This document shows positions 34,801-42,344 of a stretch of 48,221 nt of DNA, piece by piece (position 1 is the stretch's first letter; each line of letters starts with the position of its first letter). Position numbers and translations under genes: made by a program. The notes beneath the pieces were generated by a model, which worked only from the letters and a program-made list of their open reading frames with translations, was not told where the DNA came from and did no database searches. Origin of the DNA: Folioceros fuciformis (taxonomy: Eukaryota); NCBI GenBank assembly GCA_049999805.1, contig JBNGIO010006088.1, positions 1-48,221 of the forward strand. Reading direction: 5' to 3'.

Positions 34801-34969
34801 GCCGAGTGGCACACCTCTGGTGGTAACTAAAAATCTACGCATGTGCAACGACTGCCACAGTTCCACCGAGATAATGTCTAGGGTCGAGAAGAGAAACATT
34901 GTCGTAAGGGATGGGTACCGCGTGCATCGGTTTGCAGCTGGTTTTTGCAGTTGTAAGGGTCGACCATGA
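31847..34969 (+). CDS. PLS-class PPR protein with PDF-like motif, SS motifs and DYW:KP (GRP) domain (copy 2)
   Basis: Intronless ORF; ATG 31847 aligns with the paralog starts (MATVWPP); ~20 PPR motifs; KKPAVAGIEV, HAEKLA, CNDCH, CSCKGRP*. Confidence 0.95.
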   Translation: MATVWPPNSLCTDQRGICTGILRGAPAPAHLAAWRQPLVYCTASSCSSVGNPAISAECVDGGGLSSYGRHQDQGQERLWRQFFLDPTMWWDNREDKRSFRSPDFRHKVSGEVLWLNNMFKPAWVNEQLVSWDKRMGLRDDPCNVSTLCEQGKLIEAYVALESLAQADCPIPQSLLYTVLKECAAEQDLVVGRRVHDLCVKLGYETNTYFGNHILRMYAGAGRLQEAMDVFTKVRKPDAFMWSSIISAHAKHGKPQEAIKLYNDMRSSGMKADAHVFVAALQGCALAADLESGRKVHCDVLHSGIPPNLFVGNCLVDMYAKCGKLEDARRVFDSLATKNVVTANTLIAGYAKCGKLEDARRVFDSLATKTVVTWNALIAGYAKCGALDEARHLFDSFSTKDVVTWTALIAGYAQRGFAQDALDLYGLMEEEGLMVADHVTFACLLNACASIGALQKGRQLHSQIVEKGLQENVLLGNCLIDMYAKCGELRDAQEVFDSLSTKDVVTWNALITGYAQEGLSQEALALCRQMEEEGLVVADHVTFACLLKACGSTVALQEGRRLHSQIVERGLLDNILVGTCLVDMYAKCGELEDARKVFDSLATKNAVTWTALITGYAKCGNLECAREVFDSLPTKNVVTWNALIAGYVQQERSQEALVLYGQMEQEGLVVADRVTFACLLKACGSAGALQKGRQLHSQIVERGLLDNILGTCLLDMYPKCGELDEARRVFDSLATKDVATWNALISGFGASDESHKALACFEEMLVAGIQPNESSFTCVLVACSHAGLVNEGRKHFSSMAEQHGMKPNIGHYICMIDLLGRAGNLDEAENMLLSCEGQSNVVGLRSLLYACKIHGDVERAAWCFERLVRLEPQQASAYVLMANAYADAGMWTDVERIETQRTAAGAKKKPAVAGIEVNQQVHEFVVGGNRNDIALEVDSMNARLKQEGGHVPHTNLVLKPVSEKEKEDALCGHAEKLALAYGLLNTPSGTPLVVTKNLRMCNDCHSSTEIMSRVEKRNIVVRDGYRVHRFAAGFCSCKGRP

Positions 34970-35783
34970 TACAACGAAGATCTAGCCGTTCTCAGCAGGT
35001 GAACTAGCGCGCAACGCATGTGGGAGGGCGACAAGAATCCGCAATGGGTTGTGCTGCCTGATGCAACGTGTACTCCTGGATTGTGGTGGGGTTTTCAGCT
35101 GTTACAATCGGTACAAACCAGAACATACTGAGGGACCAGAAGCTCGCAAAAGGAGGTGAATTTGCAGCTTTCCCGACGCCAAAGGTTGGGACCCAATCCG
35201 TCAAAGGAAGACTTTCTCCCGCCCTCCCTTTTCAAGCAACTCTTCCAGTCATGGTTTCAAGATCAATCTTTTTTCCCAGGCAGCGAACATCACTGGTGCT
35301 TTGAACCCAAATAGAAGAGTAGAACGAGGTATGTTGAATTGAACGAATGTGTGCAACCCATGTCGAAGGTGGATTGGACACACAAACTTCTGTTCATTCC
35401 TGTAATGAAATTGAACAGAGAACACGTCGACTTCCATCGCGAGAACAAAAACATGTTGTTTGCTTTTGAACCCAAGTCGATCGATTGGCATTACAATGGA
35501 TCGTGCCCAGAACAGGAAATAGGCGGGATCAGTCTGTCCGCGATTAACCTGTCATCCTTGTTCTGCCTTCATCGTCCTGTCATTGCGCAGCTCGCCTGGT
35601 TCGTGTTCTATATGACTCCGCCGTCGGTGATCGATTTACGTATGTTATGTGTCTTCACCCTCGGTGATGAGTTCACACTGCACTGGCTAAGGGTGGTCGG
35701 CATGCACTGTCACAGCATTTAGGCATCCTGCCTCGGCCTGCACAGCCTGCTGTGTATCTCATCTTCCGAGAGCTGTGCCTGAG

Positions 35784-38700
35784 ATGGCCATAGTATGGCA
35801 ACCGGATTTGTGCTTGAGCCAACAAATTGGTGGGTGCAAAGGTGTTCTACGAGGAGCTTCCGCGCACCTCATCGCAGGGAGTCAACCGCTGGCATGCAAC
35901 CAAACCTCCAGGTGCAGCAGAGTGACGAGCTTCGCAATTCCGTCAAAATTCATGGCTGAGGAACAACTTTCCAGCGATGGGCGTCGCCAGGAGCAGGACT
36001 TATTGTGGCAACAATTTTTTCTCGACCCTTCCCAGTGGGTGGACGACAGGCGAGGTAAAAGGAACTCCCATGCGCCTGACTTCCGGCGCAAGGGGTCCGC
36101 AGAGGTCCTCTGGTTAAACAGCATGTTCAAGCCAGCTTGGGTGGATGAGCAGCTTCTTTCTTGGGATATGCAGATGGGTGTTAGTGTATCTCCGAGTAAC
36201 GTGAGCATGTTATGTGAGCAGGGGAAGCTTGCTGACGCAGTGGCAGCATTGGAATCTCTGGCGCAGACAGACTGTGCTGTTTCTGAGTCCCTGTTGAGTA
36301 CTGTGCTGAGAGTTTGTGCAGCGAAAAAGGATCTGGTAGTGGGTCGACGAGTTCATCATCTGTGTGTCAAACTTGGGTACGAGTCTAACACATATTTGGG
36401 AAACCATATCCTGCGCATGTATGCATGTGGAGGTAGGCTACAGGAGGCCATGGATGTGTTCACCAGAGTGGGGAAACCAGATGCCTTCATGTGGAGTTCC
36501 ATAATTTCTGCACATGGCAAACATGGGAGACCTAAGGAGGCTATCAAATTGTACCATGACATGCATAGCTCAGGTTTGAAAGCGGATGCTCACGTCTTTG
36601 TAGCTGCCCTTCAAGCTTGTACACTTGTTGCAGACTTGGAATCTGGCAGGAAAGTACACCATGATGTATTGCACAGTGGCATTCCGTTTAACTTGTTTAT
36701 CAGCAACTCGCTCGTGGACATGTATGCAAAATGCGGCAAACTGGAAGATGCACACCGGGTTTTTGATAGCTTGTCCACAAAGAATGTTGTGACTGGAAAT
36801 TCCTTGATTGCCGGTTATGCTAAATGTGGGAAGCTGGAAGATGCACGCCGGCTGTTTGATAGCTTGCCCATGAAGAATGTGGTGACATCGAATGCCCTGA
36901 TTGCCGGGTATGTGAAATGTAAGAAACTGGAAGAGGCGCGCGAGCTTTTTGACAGCCTGTCCATAAAGGATGTCGTGACATGGACGGTCCTGATTGCTGG
37001 GTATGCGCAACAAGGGCGTGGCCAAGATGCGCTCGTTTTGTATGAACAAATGGAGGAGGAGGGTGGGGTTGTGGCCGACCATGTTACGTTTGCTTGTCTT
37101 CTCAAGGCCTGTGCAAGCGTTGGTGCCTTGCAGAAGGGCAGGCAGCTCCACGCACAGATTGTGGAAAGAGGACTGCTAGAGAACAGACTAGTTGGCACCA
37201 GCCTGGTGGACATGTATGCAAAATGGGGTGAACTGGAAGAGGCGCGGAGCGTTTTTGACAGCCTAGCCACGAAGGATGTGGTGACATGGACGGCTCTGGT
37301 TGCTGGGTATGCACAACAAGGGTTCGTCCAAGAGGCACTTGTCCTATATGGACAAATGGAGGAGGAGGGCCTCATGGTTGCTGATGAAGTTACGTTCACT
37401 TGCCTTCTGAAGGCTTGTGCAAGCACTGGTGCTTTACAGAAGGGCAGGCAGCTGCACTCACAGATTGTGGAAAGTGGATTGCTAGATAACTTAGTGGTAG
37501 GAAACTGCTTGGTCGACATGTATGCAAAATGTGGTGAACTGGGAGACGCACGTGGAGTCTTTAACAGCTTGGCCACAAAGAACGTGGTGACATGGAATGC
37601 CCTGATAGCTGGGTATGCACAACAAGGGCTTGGCCACGAGGCGCTTTCGCTCTATGGACAGATGGAGGAGGAGGGGCTGATTGTGGCTGACGATGTTACT
37701 TTTGCTTGCCTTCTGAAGTCCTGTGCAAGCACTGGTGCCTTACAGACGGGTAGACAGCTGCACTCACAGATTGTGCAAAGGGGACTGCTTGGTAACATAC
37801 TGGTTGGCACCTGCCTGGTGGACATGTATGCAAAATGTGATGAACTAGAAGATGCTCGTGGGATTTTTGATAGCTTGACCACAAAGAACGTTGTGACATG
37901 GAATGCCCTTATTTCTGGCTATGCACAGCGAGGGCTCAGTCAAGAGGCGCTTGTTCTGCATGAGAAAATGCAGAGGGATGGCCTGATTGTGGCTGACCAT
38001 GTTACTTTTGCTGGCCTTCTAAAGGCCTGTGCAAGCGCTTGTGCCTTACAGAAGGGCAGGGAACTGCACTCACAGATTGTGGAAAGAGGACTGCTAGATG
38101 ACATCCTGGTGAGCACCTGCCTGGTGGACATGTATGCAAAATGTGGTGAACTGGATGAGGCACGACGTGTGTTCGACAGCGTGGAAACCAAGGATGTGGT
38201 GACATGGAATGCCCTGATAGCTGGGTTGGGTTCATGCGATGAAGGTCGCAAGGCTGTAGCTTGTTTTGAGGAGATGGTTGTTGCCGGTATTCAGCCTGAT
38301 GACGCCACTTTTACTTGTCTTCTAGTAGCTTGCAGTCATGCGGGACTGGTGAAGGAGGGTTACATGCACTTCGATTCCATGGTTGAACAGTACGGCATGA
38401 AACCTACTCTTGAGCATTATAACTGCATGGTTGATCTCCTTGGGCGCGCAGGCCGTTTAGAAGAGGCAGAGAAGATGCTACTATCATGTGAGAACCAACG
38501 GAATGTTGTAGGGTTGACGACTTTGCTGAATGCCTGCAAAAGCTATGGAGACGTCGAGAGGGCGACTCGGTGTTTTGAAAGTCTGGTCAGACTGGAACCT
38601 CAGGGTGCGTCTGCGTACGTGCTCATGGCCAATGCCTACGCTGATGCAGGGAGGTGGACCGATGTTGACAGGATTGAAACACAGAGAATTGCAGCAGGGG

Positions 38701-39110
38701 CTAAGAAGAAACCAGCAGTGGCAGGCATTGAGGTGGAGCAGCAGGTACATACATTTGTGGTGGGAGACAACAGGGACGATATTGTGCTTGAGGTAGAGAG
38801 CATGAACTCACGTCTCAAGCAGGAAGGTGGCCACGTACCGCAGACACGGTTGGTTTTGAAGCCAGTGTCTGAGAGGGAAAAGGAAGACTCCCTTTGTGGG
38901 CATGCTGAGAAGCTAGCCCTGGCGTATGGTCTCTTGAACACTCCGAGCGGCACACCTCTGCTGGTGACAAAGAATCTGCGCATGTGCAGTGACTGCCACA
39001 GTTCCACGGAGATCATGTCGAGGGTTGAACAGAGAGACATTGTTGTGAGGGACGGGTACCGTGTGCATCGGTTTGCAGCTGGTTCTTGCAGTTGTAAGGG
39101 CCGACCGTGA
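35784..39110 (+). CDS. PLS-class PPR protein with PDF-like motif, SS motifs and DYW:KP (GRP) domain (copy 3)
   Basis: Intronless ORF; ATG 35784 (MAIVWQPDL); ~22 PPR motifs; KKPAVAGIEV, HAEKLA, CSDCH, CSCKGRP*. Confidence 0.95.
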   Translation: MAIVWQPDLCLSQQIGGCKGVLRGASAHLIAGSQPLACNQTSRCSRVTSFAIPSKFMAEEQLSSDGRRQEQDLLWQQFFLDPSQWVDDRRGKRNSHAPDFRRKGSAEVLWLNSMFKPAWVDEQLLSWDMQMGVSVSPSNVSMLCEQGKLADAVAALESLAQTDCAVSESLLSTVLRVCAAKKDLVVGRRVHHLCVKLGYESNTYLGNHILRMYACGGRLQEAMDVFTRVGKPDAFMWSSIISAHGKHGRPKEAIKLYHDMHSSGLKADAHVFVAALQACTLVADLESGRKVHHDVLHSGIPFNLFISNSLVDMYAKCGKLEDAHRVFDSLSTKNVVTGNSLIAGYAKCGKLEDARRLFDSLPMKNVVTSNALIAGYVKCKKLEEARELFDSLSIKDVVTWTVLIAGYAQQGRGQDALVLYEQMEEEGGVVADHVTFACLLKACASVGALQKGRQLHAQIVERGLLENRLVGTSLVDMYAKWGELEEARSVFDSLATKDVVTWTALVAGYAQQGFVQEALVLYGQMEEEGLMVADEVTFTCLLKACASTGALQKGRQLHSQIVESGLLDNLVVGNCLVDMYAKCGELGDARGVFNSLATKNVVTWNALIAGYAQQGLGHEALSLYGQMEEEGLIVADDVTFACLLKSCASTGALQTGRQLHSQIVQRGLLGNILVGTCLVDMYAKCDELEDARGIFDSLTTKNVVTWNALISGYAQRGLSQEALVLHEKMQRDGLIVADHVTFAGLLKACASACALQKGRELHSQIVERGLLDDILVSTCLVDMYAKCGELDEARRVFDSVETKDVVTWNALIAGLGSCDEGRKAVACFEEMVVAGIQPDDATFTCLLVACSHAGLVKEGYMHFDSMVEQYGMKPTLEHYNCMVDLLGRAGRLEEAEKMLLSCENQRNVVGLTTLLNACKSYGDVERATRCFESLVRLEPQGASAYVLMANAYADAGRWTDVDRIETQRIAAGAKKKPAVAGIEVEQQVHTFVVGDNRDDIVLEVESMNSRLKQEGGHVPQTRLVLKPVSEREKEDSLCGHAEKLALAYGLLNTPSGTPLLVTKNLRMCSDCHSSTEIMSRVEQRDIVVRDGYRVHRFAAGSCSCKGRP

Positions 39111-39247
39111 GAAGGAAGAGGACCTTCTTGACGCAGGCATCCTACCCCATTGGATTCTAGCATCGTTTGAACATAGATCCCTTGTAAGACGTTTATGAAG
39201 TTCACATCGTAATCGAAATTCATATTCATGCTGCGTAAAATCGATAC

Positions 39248-39466
39248 CATGTGGCAACCGCATCTGACGCCCTCGTATGTGGATCTGGAAGGTCACACAC
39301 GAGGCACTGGACTAGCTGCTTGTTTTGAAGAGATGCCATTCAGCCCGATCGATGCTACGTTCACTTGCCTTGGAGTAGCATGCAGTCACGAGGGTTGTAA
39401 TCTGTTTGGGTCCAGCGGACAAGAGCATGGCCTGAAACTTATTTTCGAGCAGCATTACAATTGCAC
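39248..39466 (+). pseudogene. Decayed PPR P2-L2-S2 fragment
   Basis: Translates to ACFEEMPFSPIDATFTCLGVACSHEG...EHGLKL...HYNC, a deleted and diverged version of the ACFEEMVVAGIQPDDATFTCLLVACSHAG...QYGMKPTLEHYNC segment of the flanking PPR genes. Confidence 0.75.
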
Positions 39467-41713
39467 ATGATGAATGATGGATGCACAGGGATTGTACGAG
39501 GAGCTCCTGCTCACCACACGGGAGGGAGTCAACCTTTGGCGTACAAACGACCTACCAGCAGCACTGTAACGAATCCAGCGATTCCTACGAAACATGGAGA
39601 TGGGAAAGGATGTCGCAGCACTGATCGCCGCCAGGAGCAGGAGCTTTTATGGCGTCAATTTTTTCTGGACCCTTCCATGTGGTGGGACAACCGGCGAGAT
39701 AAGAAGCACTCTCGCTGGCCTGACTTCAGGCGTAAGGGGTCCGGTGAGGTCCTCTGGTTAAACCGCGGAGTCAAGCCAGCTTGGGTTGACGAGCAGCTCG
39801 TTTGTTGGGATGTGCGGATGGGTCATGGTGCCTCTCCTTCTGGATGCAGATTTCGGAATAAGCCTGACCCTGGCAGCTGTGCAGGAGGCATGATAACGGG
39901 AGGTACCGTGCACTCCTTATGTCAGCAGGGTCGACTTACTGAGGCCTTTGGAGTGCTGGAATCTCTGGTGCAGGCAGGCCGTCCTATTTCTCGGTTTCTG
40001 TTGTGTGCTGTGCTGAAATTATGTGTAGCGAAAAAGGATCTGGTTGTGGGGGGACGAGTTCATGATCTTTGTGTCAAACTCGGGTATGAGTCAAATACAT
40101 ACTTGGCCAACCATATCTTGCGTATGTACGCATGTGGGGGTAAGCTGCAGGAGGCCATGATTGTGTTCACCAGGGTAAGGAAACCAGATGTCTTCATGTG
40201 GAGTTCCATAATTTCTGCACATTCTAGACATGGGAAGCCAACGGAGGCTGTACAGTTGTACCATGATATTTGTGGCTCAGGTTTGAAGGCGGATGCTCAC
40301 GTCTTTTTGGCTGCCCTTCAAGCTTGTGCCCTTGCTGCAGACTTGGAATCTGGACGAAAAGTGCACTCTGATGTGTTGCACAGCGGCATTCCTCCTGACT
40401 TGTTTGTCAACAACTGCCTGGTGGACATGTATGCAAAATGTGGCAAACTGGAAGATGCACGCCGGGTTTTTGATAGCTTGGCCAGGAAGGATGTGGTGAC
40501 ATGGAATGCCCTGATTGCTGGGTACGCACAGCAAGGGCTGGGTCAGGAGGCGCTTGTTCTGTATGAGCGAATGGAACAGGAGGGCGTGATTGTGGCTGAC
40601 TATGTTACTTTTGCTGGCCTTCTGAAGGCCTGCGCAAGCGCTGGTGCCTTACAGAAGGGCAAGGAGCTCCACTCCCAGATTGTGGAGAGAGAATTGGGTC
40701 ATGTACCACTGGTTGGCACTTGCTTGGTGGACATGTACGCGAAATGTGGTGATCTAAGAACTGCACGTCAGGTTTTCGACATCTTGGCCACAAAGGATGT
40801 TGTGACATGGAATGCCCTGATATCAGGGTGTGGAGCTTGCGACGAAGGCCACGAGGCACTTGCCTGTTTTGAGGAGATGGTAGTCGCCGGTATTCAGCCT
40901 GATGATGCCACTTTCACCTCCATTTTAGGAGCATGCAGTCACGAGGGACTGGTGGAAGAGGGTCGGAAGCATTTCAGCTCCATGGTTGGACAGTACGGCG
41001 TCAAACCTACCATGAAGCATTACAGTTGCATGATCGATCTACTTGGGCGTGCAGGCCATCTAGATGAGGCGGAGAACATCCTATTGTCGTGTGCGGGCGA
41101 AAGTGATGTTGTGGGGTTGAGGTCTTTGCTGAATGCCTGCAAAAGTTACGGGGACATAGAGAGGGCGACTCGGTGTTTTGAAAGCCTTGTTAGGTTGGAG
41201 CCTCAGCAGGCATCGGCATACGTGCTGATGGCGAATGCCTACGCAGACGCAGGCATGTGGACCGATGTGGACAGGGTCGAAACACAGAGAATGGCAGCAG
41301 GAGCTAAGAAGAAGCCTGCAGTGGCGGGCATTGAGGTGAAGAAGCAGGTACACACGTTTGTGGTGGGAGAAAACAGAGGTGATGTCGCGCTCAAGGTCGA
41401 GAGCACCAACGCACGTCTGAAGGAGGAAGGGGGCCACGTAGCACGCACTCATTTGGTTTTGAAGCCAGTGTCTGAGAAGGAAAAGGAAGACTCACTTTGC
41501 GGGCATGCTGAGAAGCTAGCTCTGGCGTATGGTCTATTGAACACCCCAAGTGGCACACCTCTGCTGGTGACGAAGAACCTACGCATGTGCATTGACTGCC
41601 ATAGCTCCACCGAGATCATGTCCAGGGTTGAAAAGAGAGACATTGTTGTCAGAGATGGCTACCGAGTGCATCGGTTTGAAGAGGGTCGTTGCAGTTGTAA
41701 GGGTAGACCGTGA
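39467..41713 (+). CDS. PLS-class PPR protein with PDF-like motif and DYW:KP (GRP) domain (copy 4), shortened N-terminus
   Basis: Intronless ORF from ATG 39467; ~11 PPR motifs; KKPAVAGIEV, HAEKLA, CIDCH, CSCKGRP*. Confidence 0.92.
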   Translation: MMNDGCTGIVRGAPAHHTGGSQPLAYKRPTSSTVTNPAIPTKHGDGKGCRSTDRRQEQELLWRQFFLDPSMWWDNRRDKKHSRWPDFRRKGSGEVLWLNRGVKPAWVDEQLVCWDVRMGHGASPSGCRFRNKPDPGSCAGGMITGGTVHSLCQQGRLTEAFGVLESLVQAGRPISRFLLCAVLKLCVAKKDLVVGGRVHDLCVKLGYESNTYLANHILRMYACGGKLQEAMIVFTRVRKPDVFMWSSIISAHSRHGKPTEAVQLYHDICGSGLKADAHVFLAALQACALAADLESGRKVHSDVLHSGIPPDLFVNNCLVDMYAKCGKLEDARRVFDSLARKDVVTWNALIAGYAQQGLGQEALVLYERMEQEGVIVADYVTFAGLLKACASAGALQKGKELHSQIVERELGHVPLVGTCLVDMYAKCGDLRTARQVFDILATKDVVTWNALISGCGACDEGHEALACFEEMVVAGIQPDDATFTSILGACSHEGLVEEGRKHFSSMVGQYGVKPTMKHYSCMIDLLGRAGHLDEAENILLSCAGESDVVGLRSLLNACKSYGDIERATRCFESLVRLEPQQASAYVLMANAYADAGMWTDVDRVETQRMAAGAKKKPAVAGIEVKKQVHTFVVGENRGDVALKVESTNARLKEEGGHVARTHLVLKPVSEKEKEDSLCGHAEKLALAYGLLNTPSGTPLLVTKNLRMCIDCHSSTEIMSRVEKRDIVVRDGYRVHRFEEGRCSCKGRP

Positions 41714-42344
41714 GACTGAGGGAAGAAGAAACATGTCTCGCCGCTGCTGAGTGATCTGCTGGCTCGTCCACACCCTTCAGAGAGAATGATTTTCCTTCTT
41801 ACTGGACCGCAAAGGGTGTGCAAAATAAGGGTCAGATAACAACGGTTTTTTTACCCTAGAAAATATGGGTGGGTCTAGCGGGATCACTTTCGGATTTGTA
41901 GGAGAATTTTTTATAATCTGAAATTAAAATGCTAATAACTTTTGGGGTGAATAATTAGCAACCTTAAAAATTCTAAGTAAATTATTCTCTGTAATCTTCA
42001 CGACAAAGAGACAGCAGTCGAGCAAAAGTGTTAGAACTCAAAGGAAACTGGAAGAGTATAAAAGAGAGGGATGGATATACAGAGTGACTTTACTGTTAAA
42101 GGCATCCGAGCGACCTCGAGGCTGCGCTGCGGGCACTGCCACCAAGCTAGACTATCTATGGAAACAGGGATTCCCTTCCCAACACTGATACAACAAGTAG
42201 CCAGAGGTTTCTCCAGTCCTTCTCATATACTACTGTCTATGCCGACGCATCAAGGCAATTACTATGATACAGCTGTCTATTGTGACAGGTGGGGTTGAAG
42301 AGGTTACAGGCGGAGCAAAGGCTGAGACAAAATTGAAGCACCCT

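Noticed and set aside
41811-41900. agggtgtgcaaa resembling a hAT-MITE terminus (similar string at ~14620)
   Set aside because: No matching opposite terminus or TSD found.
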